Source: the human T2T-CHM13v2.0 reference genome, Homo sapiens. Taken from it: DNA of 64,000 nt. A program made the translations under genes and the position numbers. The stretch lies in assembly GCF_009914755.1 (NCBI RefSeq), contig NC_060942.1; one strand, written 5' to 3'. Positions 31,623 through 45,605 of this stretch are shown in pieces (position 1 is the first letter of the stretch; each line of letters begins with the position of its first letter). Below the pieces are notes generated by a model, which did no database searches, was not told the origin of the DNA, and worked only from the letters and a program-made list of their open reading frames with translations.

Positions 31623-34039
31623 CACAGATTGTTTGCTAACAGCTGAAAAGACAGGTAAATGAATACAACAGAATAGAAAATCCAGAAACACCCAAACATA
31701 TGTAAGAATTTAGAACTTGATAATGATCACAAGGATCATTATCCTTGTGGAAAAGAATTAGTTTCATAATTCTTTTAGGAATATGAATTATTAGGAAAAG
31801 AATTAGTTTCATAAGTGAAATGCCTGCTTTTTGGAGAAAACTAGATTTTTATGGCACAAAATAAGTTCCTGATGGAATATAGATTAAAATTTTTTAATAT
31901 ACAAAAAGATAAAAATACCAGAAAAAACATAAATGCCTATTTACACAGATACATTTTTATGTTGACAAAACCTTTCTAAGAAGCTCAGAAGCAAGCATTC
32001 TGAAGAGTAATTTAGTAAAACAAAAATTAAATCACCCTGCATATGAGAAAAAATAAAAGGCAGCATACTTGTAAAATATTTACTACTCATGTATGTGTGT
32101 GTGTGTATACATATTAGAATTAAAAATCTTCCTTTTATAGAGAATTCACTCAAATCAACAGAAAACCCTCTAATTTAAAATTGGGCAATTTAAGTTAGAG
32201 ATCTAAATTGCAGATCTAAAAAAGTACTTGGCCTCTAATTTAAAACTGGGCAAAGTCCTTTTTTAAGATCTGCAAGTAACCTATGCACACAGGAAACAAT
32301 ATTAGTGTTCCTGGTTAGAGAAGGCATTTAAGTTAAAAGAGGAATCAAATACTGTTTTCTATCCACAAAGTTTGTGAGGATAAAAAGCAGTGATATTTAT
32401 AGTACTCCTTAAAGTGTAAGTTGCAGATGAGTTTTCAAATAAACAATTTGATGGTAAGTACCATGTTTAAAAAATTGTATATGCCCATTAGTGATCCATT
32501 CTATTATACTAAAATATTTTTAGAAAATAATGCAACATACACACAATTTCTTTTCTGAGCACTGCTTAAAATATCAATGTATTAAAAAGAATCCATTTAA
32601 TGGCTTTTATAAATACATTTCAGTGAGTTTACAGCATGGGATAATATGTGACCACTCAAGGTAGAAACATATACGGAAGTATGTTGACATTTGAAAATGT
32701 ATTTTGGTGTACCAAGTGAGGGTAAAATTCAGTTTGATTATACATACAGACTATGGTCTTGTGTTATCTGAAATTATGTCCAAAATTTGATAACATTTGC
32801 TATTTGAGGATACTTGTTTTAATATAAAATGTTTTTCCTTTTTTTATCTTTGATTTCTGCATTGAGCATGTACGATGCTATTAGTAAAAGTTTATTATTA
32901 ATGAAATAATTTTTGGGAGGAGCAGCAATATGTATTTTGCACAGATGAAAATAATTTCTCACTTTCTACATTTTATTTTTTTGTGCATTTGTATATTCTG
33001 TGAACTTTTAGCATCTTCAGAAGAGAATATTTTTATCTCTGCTTATTGATTTACATATACATTTTATTAAACACATTTTTATTATATATAGGCTTATTAC
33101 ATATATGTCAATAACTATAGATTAATCATTTTAGTGTAGTTTTATTATTAGAAAAATAAAATGACAAATATAAGTGTTTTATTTATAGCAGTTTTTTAGG
33201 ATACTGTACTTCCCAACTGTATTTATCCATTCTTTTAATCCATTTATCACATGTAAGCTGGATGCCTATTATGTAGAAGATACATTCTATTAACTCTCAA
33301 GACCTTTTCATCCTTAAAAATTTCATGTTTACCTGCTCAGCCTGAGCAAAGTGAGAGATTTAAAATTGGAGTATTAGGACTGAATCTCAATTAAGCTTTT
33401 CCTCTCATCTTTCAAACAAAAACACTTCTGAAGTGAGAAACGAGTAAAAGATAACTACCAACCAGGTTTTTGGAAATTTATAACAGCTCTAAATAGTAAT
33501 ATTAATCATCAAAAATACCTAATTTACATGCATTCTATAAATCTAAATATGAATTTCCATACATTCTGTAAATCTAAATAGGGAATAAAATGAGCCATAC
33601 CTATTTATTTGAATCCAAAGTTTTCTTTGGCTTGAAGTTTTTAAAATCTTGAGGAAGTAGTTTGTTTTAACAATTTGTTGTTTTTATTTCGACTCTCCTA
33701 TTGTGTAGTCCTCTAAAAAGCTAAAATTTCTTTCAGTGTTAATCCTGTGACTAGGACTGCCATCGTCCTGTTGTATATACCGTATTCCACTTCTTGGAAG
33801 ACACTGTGAATTGTGTGATGCCTCTTTATTTTATGCACCAATTAAAGATTGTTTAAATTTCTGCCAAATATAGTTGTAATAAATAATGAATTATAAATGG
33901 CATTTCAATGTCAGAGATGTTAAAATATGAGCAATTGAGCATCTTAGAATCATTAAAATACTGTGTTATCTCTAACCTTTAAAACACACCACGAAGTAGG
34001 CATAATTGCACCATTTTACTTAAAATGTTTTCTTTATTA

Positions 34040-34300
34040 AGTAGTAGTAATAATTATAATATCTAACAATTACTTAGCTGTTACATGTACTAGGAACTCT
34101 CCAAAATACTTTGCATAGATTCTCAATGAGGCATCACAGTGATGTCCTGTGAGATAACGGCTGTATTCATCTCCATTTTATTGATGAGAAAATCGAGGTG
34201 CAGAAAGTTTAAGTGACAGCTAGAAAGTGAAAGACCTTAAAGTAATATTCAAGCTCAAGTTGAACTGAATCCAAAGGCCAAGCTCTTTGTATTCAAACAG
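34040..34300. mobile_element. MIR
   Basis: CTCCATTTTATTGATGAGAAAATCGAGG..CAGAAAGTTTAAGTGAC core. Confidence 0.7.
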
Positions 34301-34485
34301 GCCACTCTTTCATTAATGCGGTGAGTAATAAGAGAACGAATGTTGTACTTTCTTCAGGAGAATATTAAATATTTGTTTTGAAGGTAGAGAAAGAGCATGG
34401 TATTTAATGTTTACAATTACCTAAATCGTTGTATGTTTTGAGACAGTGGGCTATACTTTGCCTAAAAGTCCTCTCACTCTCGTAG

Positions 34486-34600
34486 GACTGCTCTACACTG
34501 GGCCTGTGTCAATGGCCATGCAGAAGTAGTAACATTTCTGGTAGACAGAAAGTGCCAGCTTAATGTCCTTGATGGCGAAGGGAGGACACCTCTGATGAAG
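34486..34600 (+). CDS. ANKRD30B: ANKRD30B exon 2, ankyrin repeat (TALHWACVNGHAEVVTFLVDRKCQLNVLDGEGRTPLMK)
   Basis: Acceptor ctctcactctcgtag|G, donor AAG|GTAAAT, 115 nt, in frame with exon 1. Canonical ankyrin TALH/TPL motifs. Confidence 0.95.
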
Positions 34601-34758
34601 GTAAATAGTAGCCAGTTTTTTCAGCGGGAGATGGATTTGGTTTAAATACATAGAATAAAAATGAATTTAGTTGAAATACAACTAGTTTGTGAAACCTGTG
34701 GAATACTTATTTTGATTTCCTATAATTTATAATGTACTTCTTGCTTTAATACTGACAG

Positions 34759-34932
34759 GCTCTACAATGCGAGAGGGAGGCTTGTGCAAATATTCTCATA
34801 GATGCTGGTGCTGATCTAAATTATGTAGATGTGTATGGCAACACGGCTCTCCATTATGCCGTTTATAGTGAGAATTTGTTAATGGTGGCAACACTGCTGT
34901 CCTATGGTGCAGTCATCGAGGTGCAAAACAAG
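34759..34932 (+). CDS. ANKRD30B: ANKRD30B exon 3, ankyrin repeats (ALQCEREACANILIDAGAD...GNTALHYAVYSEN...EVQNK)
   Basis: Acceptor actgacag|GCT, donor AAG|GTAGAC, 174 nt, phase 0-0. Confidence 0.95.
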
Positions 34933-36818
34933 GTAGACATTAACCAATGTTATTTTCAAAATATTTGAAATCCATTTGTTTTAATGTTAACATATGTAAG
35001 GCTTTTATATTTGGAAACACAAACATTCCTTGAGTGAAAATAATTTGAAAGAACTTAATTATCTAAGATTTAACCTTAAATATTAATTTTTTAAAAGAAC
35101 TATTAGAGAGTATGGCTTTTCTGTGCATTTATGATAAATATTTGAATTTGTTAAAGGTAAAACTTTTTCAAATATTCTTTCCTACCCAAGGTTTTTTTTT
35201 CTTTCCAATTAGTGTAAAACTACAGGAAAGCAAAATTTGCCTGTGTAAATTGAGTCAACATGTAAAATTTAGGATACGTGCAGAAATCTGGATTTCCTCT
35301 TAAAGGATTGCATCTGGTGTCTCTTGAGCACATATGACTGTTTGGTATGCTAAGAGAACGTTCTAGCTTTACACAAAGCATGTTTCCAGTTTGCCACTGT
35401 GCCCACCTAGTTACATCACTTACTGAACTTACCTCTTTTGCCTCTGTAAATATTTCAGTTATCAATTCCTCTCTCATAGTATATTTTGGTAAAGGTTTCA
35501 AGGTATTCAAGACAGTTGATAGCTGTTTATAATATATAGTTTATATTTTACATTAATTCATTAATACTGGGGTTGACTTCTAGAATTTCGAAGACTTTTT
35601 AAACAATGATTTTTCTGTATATAAACCATAAATAATAATCTTTTATTAGAATGCCTTTAAGCCTTTTTAGATTAATTTTGGTTGTATTTGAATAGGTTAT
35701 GCATATTGCAGAAAATATTATATCCTTCTTCTTAGAATTGTCCCTTAAAATTCAAGTGATTTAGGGGCTTCTGTTATGCTAATCCACATAGATGAGTTAG
35801 AACTTTCATTAATAAGCCATTTTATTCATATTTTTGATATTTTTCCAAAAATTAAGTAGCAATTACAATAGCAACCAGAATAAAAATGGATTATTGCATT
35901 TAAAGAAGTAGATATGCATTAGGATCCTAGGATTATCATTATAATTGAGAATAAACTTTTATACTGAATTTCTAATAGCCGAGAAAAAATTCTATTGTCT
36001 TGTAATAGGAGAAACCTCATGGACCATTTAATAATAAGCAGTCAAAGTTCATTTGAAGCCAATCTCTTTTGATTTAGAGCCACTTCCTTAGTGACCCATT
36101 TAGAGCAGGAGTGCCTGACATTGGCATCTGGGATCTTGGGATTATTGATAGAATAGAATCAAGAGAGTTTGTATCACCTACAGGAAACCTCCATTTTTCT
36201 TGGGAAGCTTTCAAAACTGTATGCCTGAAATTCTAATTTGTCAAATGTTAATCTCTGCCACAAAAATATATTGTCAAGTAAGTATTAGGCAAAGTTCAAG
36301 TCATTTATTGAATAATGGACATTTAGTTCACAGTTTTATAATATTTCTTGAACATAGATAATGGTGGAATCTGTTGGGGTACAGTGCTTCTGGTAAGGTA
36401 ATTATTCTTTGGAATATAGTTTAAGAAACACTGCTCTAGAGGTAATATTATAGATTACTCATTTAGTTAAAAACAAAGTATTTACTACTATGTCTTAGGG
36501 TTTAAGGATATAGAGATAAAAGATAAAGCCCTTGCCCTCATGAAGCTCTTGGTTTAGATGGGAAACCATAAAATCATTACAATATAATGATTTTTGGAGA
36601 TAACCAGAATTAATGTGGTGATGCAGAGGCTGAATATTTACAAGGGAAGGTGCAGTGCATGGGAAAGCACAGAAAAAGGAGAAAGAAGGGACTGCTATTG
36701 ATTTACTTATTTACTTTCTACTTTATGTGTTTAAGTTAATAGGATATAATATAAGGTATTCAGTTCAGCTGAGAAATATGTAATTTCATGAATTATATAT
36801 TGTTCTGCTATTTTACAG

Positions 36819-36925
36819 GCTAGCCTCACACCCCTTTTACTGGCCATACAGAAAAGAAGCAAGCAAACTGTGGAATTTTTACTAACAAAAAATGCAAATG
36901 CAAACGCATTTAATGAGTCTAAATG
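36819..36925 (+). CDS. ANKRD30B: ANKRD30B exon 4 (ASLTPLLLAIQKRSKQTVEFLLTKNANANAFNESK)
   Basis: Acceptor ttttacag|GCT, donor TG|GTATGG, 107 nt. Confidence 0.95.
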
Positions 36926-37313
36926 GTATGGTAGTTCTTTTTTTTTACTAAAAAACACTTGACTAGTGTTCTAGAGTAATAATGCTCAAGTCAGAAATAT
37001 TAAATTAACAACATTTAGTTAAAATTATTAGATTATAGTGAAACATATCAACACAAATTATCAGAAGAAAAGCAATTATTTGGACTGGTCAACATAAAAA
37101 ACAGTGTATAGTAGGACTTATCTTCTCTTATTATATTGACTGATTCTTATTTGTAATCTGATGATTTTGGTTGCATTATTTTCTATTAGCTAAAGTGGTT
37201 CTGCATCAGTTTTAAGAAGTATGAACTTTTTTAGTTTGCTTTATAATTCAATATTGAATTATTAACAGTTTTATAGTATTTTTCTAACTTCTCTTTTTTA
37301 TACACTTTTTTAA

Positions 37314-38503
<1,190 letters not shown>

Positions 38504-38532
38504 TTATACACTTTTTAAAAAATGCAATATTT

Positions 38533-38826
38533 GCTGGGCATGGTAGTTGTTGCCTGTTATCCCAGCAGTTTGGGAGGCCAAGGTGGTTGGATCACTTGAG
38601 GCCAGGAGTTTGAGACCAGCCTAGCCAATATGGTAAAACCGCATCTCTACTAAAAATACAAAAATTACTGCCATGGTGGCGCATGCCTGTAGTCCCAGCT
38701 ACTCAGGGGACTGAGGCACGAGAATCGCTTGAACCCAGAAGGCAGAGGTTGCAGTGAGCTGAGATCATGCTACCACACTCCAGCCTGGGTAATAGAGCGA
38801 GATTCTGTCTCAAAGGAAAAAAAAAG
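38533..38826 (+). mobile_element. Alu
   Basis: Full-length dimer immediately after the L1 TSD. Confidence 0.9.
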
Positions 38827-39734
38827 CAATATTAAATAGAAACAGGAGTTTAAAACCATTTTGTCTTTAGGACGACTATTTGCTTTAATAAAGTTGTTTT
38901 CTTTGAAGCATATTAATTTTAGGTTATCCCTATGTGACTGACTATTAATTGCTATCACCAGATACTGTGAATTTATTATTTTTTTCATTTTTTTCATAGT
39001 GTATTTTTATTTTTAATTTGTATGGGTAGAGGGAAGAAAGACATCTTTAATTTGATTAATATTTTAGTTAATTAAGATAAGCCATAGGTGAATGATAAAG
39101 AGAAAAGAGATAGGCTTTTGATTCACACAAGACTGAGTTTAATTTCTAGCTTCCTCACTTGATAGGTGTGACCTTGCAAACATTACATAATACCAAGTAT
39201 GACTTTCTATGTGAAAAGGAGAATAATGATATGTGCTTTAAGGATGATTGTGTTGAAGTAACATTATAAATATCAACAGCATTTAATTCAGTGTCTCATA
39301 CATTCTTATCAACATCATTAACTAAACTTACTATGACTACTACTAATATCATTATTCCTAATATTGTTTTAAGCCTTCAGATTGCTCTCTCTTGTCTGAC
39401 TTCTAGCTGATTTTTAAGTATAAAATATTATATCAGACTAAGCAAGAAATAGATAATTCTTCCCTTAAATCTTTGCCTCTTTTAGGTTAGTGAACAAATC
39501 ATAATTCCTTGCCCCTCAAGGGACTTTATGTTAGCCAATTCTAGTATGCCACTCCCCAGTGGGACATGAGTCTTTTTGCCCCTTCCTTTTAGATTTGGTG
39601 GTGATTTGCAAGGATAAACACTTGAGCACTCAAGATACTTATGTTTGTTAGTACATGTAAATGGTTAATTCTACACTGATAGGCACATATTAAATTGATT
39701 CTGCTCATAATAAGTTATCTCTTTGTTATTTTAG

Positions 39735-39872
39735 CACAGCCCTCATGCTTGCCATATGTGAAGGCTCATCAGAGATAGTCGGCATGCTTCTTCAGCAAAA
39801 TGTTGACGTCTTTGCTGAAGACATACATGGAATAACTGCAGAACGTTATGCTGCTGCTTGTGGAGTTAATTA
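39735..39872 (+). CDS. ANKRD30B: ANKRD30B exon 5 (TALMLAICEGSSEIVGMLLQQNVDVFAEDIHGITAERYAAACGVN)
   Basis: Acceptor ttattttag|C, donor TA|GTAAGT, 138 nt, phase 2-2. Confidence 0.95.
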
Positions 39873-41107
39873 GTAAGTGTTTACATTTAAAGGCTAGGTG
39901 AAATTTTATTGTTTGTTTCAGGGAGTTTTTGAAAGACAGTGACTTAGTTCACTTCATCAGCCAGAAACTAGGCAAAAAGCCAGACTAGTTAGAAGGAGTA
40001 CTGGGTCCAGGATTCTTTATTTTAGGACTTTCAACAGCTTTATCCCTAGGGATCCTAATGTTGACTGCTTGATTTGAAGTATAACCCCTAGGCTCGGGAT
40101 AAACACAGTGTCACAATTTTGATTTTTCTAATTAGTTATTTGGGTCTGGAAATGTCCACTTCGGCAGAAAACCTGATAATGTCCCCTGGGGGCTGTCTTC
40201 CATACCTTAATACTTGAATTTTTAAAAGGAATCTAAGGGGTTCCTTAAGTCCAAGGAAGACATTCATTTTGCATAAGTCAGAAGGATTTGGGGGGACACG
40301 GCCATTCTCTTCTTTTTGTTGTTTCCATTGATTCTGTTGCTGCGCCGTTGCCATTGAAACTGCCCCTGCAGTCTGGTAATGATTGACCTTTGTGACCAGG
40401 ATGCCCTTACTAACACAGATCCCTCAGTTTTCATGGTGATCCATATATAGACTTCAAAGTTATTACAGTTTTTTAAAGTTCACATACATATTCTCAGCCA
40501 TTGTTTCCAAAGTACCAGCACCCTGCTCTGGCAGCTAGGACTTTTATCTTTTGCCACACACATAGTGAGCAAATTGACCATTCTCCTCCCACTCAAAACC
40601 TGATGTGAAACCCACATCTTAGCCCGGACTTGGCCTAGACCTTCATGATAAGTTATCATTTGAGTGACTTTTTCTATTTTCTCTAGCAAATATTAGTTGT
40701 GAAAGTTTAAGACTGTACGACAGGTTGAAATACTGTTACAGGAAGAAATTAGAGATCCATTTTTATTTTGTTACCAGATCTATATTCCTGGCACTTTATA
40801 TCCCGTGTAGCACCATTTTATAGGTAGTGGAAGGTCTCATCTTATTTTGTAAAATCCCATGTCATCTTTCCAAAGTTGTAGTGGGTTCCAACTTGTGGTT
40901 GTTCCCTCAAGTGATTCCCTTTTCCTGAAAGTAAAAATCTTCCATGTTACTTGCATCTTTACCTCGAGTTTTTAAAATCTTTTCAAATTCTGCATTACCA
41001 TGAAGGCATTCAATAGACTTCACTCTATCTCAAGTAAGTTGCTTAGATTTAACAGAGCTAAGCCTCATCCATCACTGATCAGTCTTCACATATAAAAGTA
41101 GGGATTT

Positions 41108-41212
41108 GTGCTGGTGTCAGGGGTACATATACTAAAATTGAAACAATGTCAAGAAGGTTAGCAAGGTCCCTGCACAAGGATGACACACAAATCTGTGAAG
41201 TGTTGCATATTT
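41108..41212 (+). pseudogene. Diverged full-length U6 snRNA retropseudogene
   Basis: Aligns end to end with U6: GTGCT...ACATATACTAAAATTG...TTAGCAnGGnCCCTGCnCAAGGATGACACnCAAAT...GTGAAG..TT.CATATTT. The ACAGAGA box is mutated. Confidence 0.92.
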
Positions 41213-42473
41213 CTTGCAGTCCCCAAAAGGACATTTGACTAACTAGCTCCAAGGAAATGGTGTGAGTCAAAGCAAAATGGGTGACTCCCAGGATTGCACT
41301 TGTGATTTTCATACAAAAAATATTTATGTAAGGTGATCTATGAAATGAGATGTGGTAACACATAGGATCTTGTGTGCAATATGTTGTTAGTAGGCCTCTC
41401 AGAAATGAGAAAATACCAACTTGCATCTTGTTTGTGGAACTTACAAAAAATAAAGGTAGGGTTTTGTGTTCCACAGCAGCTGGAAATGAACATCGTGACT
41501 TAAGCATCATTCTAACAAAGATTTGTTGATTCAGGTTTAAGGAGGTAGATAAACAGTAGTAGTAGTCCAAGCCAGGTGCTGAGATCTGTTAGTTTTCTGC
41601 CCTTGGTGTGATTGATGAGGTCGGTAATAGAGGATAATCAGGTTATCCAATGTAATGAATTAATATATTTACAAATAAATTTCATTACAAATTATAAAAT
41701 AGCTTAGATGCCTTGAATTACAAGCCACAAAGAATAGAGCATCTAATAACCAAAAGTAGGAATTAATAACAGAAAACTGCAACATTTCAACATTACAACC
41801 TATGAAGAAACACTTTTTTTAAAAAAATTAAATTTATTTTTTGTAGAGACAGGGTCTCCCTGTGTTGCCCAAGCTGGTCTTGAACTTCTGGGCTCAAGCA
41901 ATCCCCCTGTCTCAGCATCCTAAAGTGCTTGCATCACAGGCATGAGCCATTGCACCAGGCCAACACATTGGGTTTTATTGGGAATTTTAAAATAGTTTCA
42001 GCAATAAGATTCAAGAATAAATTATTTCATTGCTTCACTATTTCTTTGAGCATTTTAAAAATGTTATCTTGTTAAATCTTTGTAATAACCTAGTGAAATA
42101 AGTCTCTAAAATCCTCATTTTTAGAAGACATTGAGCCTAAGAGAAGCAACTTGTTCAAGAAAAAATACCTGTTGGTAACTGCGCTAGGACTTTTTCTGAG
42201 TTAGGGACATTTTCCATTAAGCCAAGCTAACTCTAGTTAATTTACTGAGTTATACTGCCCTCAATTCATGAGTATTTCATCTTACTTTATTTATTATTTA
42301 ATTAGAAGCTTAATAAGTTCATAGAGCTTACAAACTTAAAGTCTGTGAAATAAGTAACATTCTGATGTTAGCTCTGATATTGTCTGAAATACTCTAAGAA
42401 CTTAATAAATTTGGTAAATGTTTTTTATATCTTGTTAAAATAGTAATTTTATTTATTACATTTTTATACATAG

Positions 42474-42538
42474 CATTCATCAACAACTTTTGGAACATAT
42501 ACGAAAATTACCTAAAAATCCTCAAAATACCAATCCAG
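42474..42538 (+). CDS. ANKRD30B: ANKRD30B exon 6 (IHQQLLEHIRKLPKNPQNTNP)
   Basis: Acceptor tttttatacatag|C, donor CAG|GTAAGA, 65 nt, in frame. Confidence 0.93.
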
Positions 42539-43112
42539 GTAAGACTTCGGATAGCAAACTACTCTTGATGGTGCTACCATAAGATTAGGGAAGTGCTGAT
42601 CACAAAAAAGCAATTCAAAAAGCAATGTGCAAATAGCATGTGTTTACATATATACATATATGTGGGTGTGTGTGTGTATATATATGTATACATAGCTTTG
42701 ATTTATTTTTTAAATTTATTATTCAGAATTAGTTAAGAATTTAGGTGTAGGTAGTTTATAATCTCAAAAAATATTATCTGAAAAAATATTTAATTATGGT
42801 CCCTAAAATCCTATATAATATTTTGTGTATATAGGTAACACAATTTTTAAGTTTGTATATTGTTTGATTCCTCAATTGTCATAACAACTTAGACTTGTTA
42901 TACAATGTATAATCCTTGGTGTGATTGATGAGCTCAGTAACAGGGGATGATCAGGTCATCCACTTTAATGAATTAATATATTTATAAATAAATGTTATTA
43001 CAAATGATAATTAGTTTACATGCCCTGAATTACAAGCCACAAAGAATTGAACATCTAATAATGGAGAGTAGGAATTAATAACAGAAAACTGTAACATTTG
43101 AATATTATAACC

Positions 43113-43608
43113 TGCGGGGGTCTATCCTGCAGATCCCGGCTGCATGACGGATGAGACACATACCCAGACACCCATATTCAGTGAAAGAGCAGCAAGGGTT
43201 CCGAGCCCATTACAGACACCAAGGAAGGTGCTGTAAGGAGTCAGCAGCCACAACCCTGGCAAGCTGGCCCTGTGGGCATTTATTAGCAAAGTTTTAATGA
43301 CAAAGGCTTTGAGTCAACATACCTGTGGGTAATTAATCTGGTCACCCCACCCCAGGAGAGCCATCCTGCCCATGGGTGATCAAAGGGGAGTCTTAAGACT
43401 GCATGAGTAAACAAGCTATTTAGATAAACTACTCTACTTTCCTTTGTACCCACTTTAGGCTATTTACTCAAGGTAAGGATTAGACTGCTTTCAGCCATAA
43501 CCCTATCTTGAGACTTTTACAAAACCTTCTGGCCTTCCAAGGAGATTTGTGTCTATGTCCTATAATGTCATCTTAAAATGTTTCCCACAAGCCTGATGAA
43601 CTCACACA
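43113..43608 (-). mobile_element. Solo LTR, LTR22 family (HERV-K HML-5-like)
   Basis: 496 bp with TG...CA termini and a 6-bp TSD ATAACC/ATAAGC. It interrupts one copy of a local duplication, so the edges are exact. Family name recalled from consensus. Confidence 0.8.
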
Positions 43609-43755
43609 ATAAGCTATGAAGAAACATGGTTTTATTTATTTATTTATTTATTGTAGAGACAGGGTCTTCTTATGTTGCCCAGGCTGGTATTGAACTTCTG
43701 GGCTTTATTTAATTTTTACAATAAATGGTTTGCATTTAGTAAATGAGAGTTAATT

Positions 43756-44196
43756 ACAGTTGAATCTTGAGCAATATGAGAGTTAGGGTGCTGATCCCCC
43801 ATGCAGCTGAAAATCTGCTTCATATGAAAATCTGTTTCTTTTGACTCCTCCAAAACTTTGCTAATATTCCACTGTTGACCTGGAGCCTTATTGAAAGCAT
43901 AAACAGTCAATTAAACACATAGTTTCTATTTTATATGTACTATATACGGTATTCTTACAATAAAGTGAGCTGGAGGAAAGAAACTGTTATAAGGAGGAAA
44001 AAATATATTCACTATTTATTAAGTGGAAGTCAATTATTATACATAAAGGTCTTCATTCTTACTGCCTTCATGTTGAGTAGTCTGATAAGGAGAAGGCAGA
44101 GGAGAGATTTGTCTTGCCATCTTGCAGTGGGAAAGGAAAAGAAAAATCTATTAGTGGGCTCCTAGAGTGAAAACCCTTATTCAAGGATCAACTGTG
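43756..44196. mobile_element. Tigger3-family MITE
   Basis: TACAGTTGAATCTTGAGCAA ... TTCAAGGATCAACTG terminal inverted repeats. Internal similarity to 13700-14320. Confidence 0.75.
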
Positions 44197-45187
44197 TGAC
44201 AAAGTGACTTGTGTCACTAAAAAAGTAACTATCTTTAGAATTTGGAATTTAATAATACTTTTCTGGCACCATAAACAAATGTCAGCAAGAATTACAAAAC
44301 TTAGCCAGGGTGCATCAGTACCAATAGGAGATTATCTTTCAAAGATACCTACTGAGTGCAGAAGTCAGAAAAGCAATTCTTTGTTGAGAAGCGCAGGTTA
44401 TGTTACATAGTCTTGTACCAACAAGGTCTCACTATTATCAACTTCATTCCGTCTAAGTTGAAACCAAATAAGATATATTTACTTCATTAGAGCAAGGTAT
44501 GTTGTTCTATCTACTGGATAATTAGTGTGTTAATAGTAATTTTGTTACAGCAAGATACTCTAATAGCCAAAATATTATCATTATAAATATTCAAATAGCT
44601 TAACTCTAAACACAAAAAATTATAAAAAAATTACAAAAACTTTTCACAATAATGAAAATGCTACTGTGATACCTAAATGTGACACAATGCATTGTACAAT
44701 ATGAACTGTATGAGCACATCTTTATTATATATTTATCAAAGGACCTCTATAAGTTAGGTTTGGCAAGTTGCAGGAGACAAAGATGGAATACACATAGTTT
44801 GGGTCTTTAAGGTGCTCATAATACAGAAGAGCTGTGCCTATTGAATTTCTGCATTTTTCCAACAGAATTTCCTTAAAAATGTTTTTTATTCATTTATCTG
44901 CTTGTCCACTTAACAAATAACTGTCAGGTATCTTTAAGGTACTAAGTATCTTCCTTGTTATTATCATTGTCATTTTTTATTTGCTTCTTTATTAAGATAC
45001 TAAGCATTTTTCTTATTATTATTATCTTTTTTATTATTTATTACTTTATTTAGTGTTTACTCTGTGCCAGAACCCCTTTTGGAGCTTATAATTATTACTT
45101 ACTATGTCATGCCATTACCATATTCAGCATGTGTCAGAAATTTTATATCCAAGGTGAAGAATTAAAGCTTTAAAATGTTTGGTAGTG

Positions 45188-45494
45188 TCCAGGCACAGTG
45201 GTTCACTCCTATAATCCTAGCACTTTGGGAGGCCAAGGCAGATGAATTGCTTGAGCTCAGGAATTTGAGACTAGCCTGACTAACATGGTGAAACTCGTCT
45301 CTACTAAATACAAAAAATTAGCCAGGTGATGTGGCCTGTGCCTGTAATCCCAGCTACTTGGGAGACTGAGGTAGGAGAGTCGCTTGAGGTAGGAGAATCG
45401 CTTGAATTGCATTGAGCTGAGATCATGCCACTGCACTCTAGCCTGGGTAACAGAGCAAGACTCCATCAAAAAAAAGAGAAGAGAGAAAAGAAAA
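45188..45494 (+). mobile_element. Alu with internal duplication/deletion in the right arm
   Basis: GAGGTAGGAGAGTCGCTT repeated in tandem. Ends about 110 nt before exon 7. Confidence 0.88.
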
Positions 45495-45605
45495 GTTTGG
45501 TAATATTTAAGGAAAGCATACAGAATAAGTAGAAGTTTGCCAGGTGAAGTCAGGAGGATGATATTTAAGCAGAAAGAAAATTTAACCAGATTGTGTGTTT
45601 GGCAG

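Larger units (their letters stand above)
41601..43703 (+). repeat. Diverged direct duplication flanking exon 6 (copy A about 41601-41900; copy B 42914-43112 plus 43609-43703)
   Basis: Shared CCTTGGTGTGATTGATGAG, AATGAATTAATATATTTA, TGAATTACAAGCCACAAAGAAT, AGTAGGAATTAATAACAGAAAACTG and CTATGAAGAAACA. Confidence 0.92.

Noticed and set aside
31749-31814. 21-bp direct repeat GGAAAAGAATTAGTTTCATAA
   Set aside because: Local micro-duplication within decayed L1-like intronic sequence, with no sign of function.
41108-41212. Functional U6 snRNA gene
   Set aside because: Many substitutions including the ACAGAGA box and 5' stem. No recognisable PSE. The upstream TATAAAA overlaps the TSD/L1 endonuclease-type target site and is too close to the start.
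41079-41570. 163-aa minus-strand ORF
   Set aside because: Crosses the U6 retrocopy and flanks, has no homology I recognise, and is likely chance.
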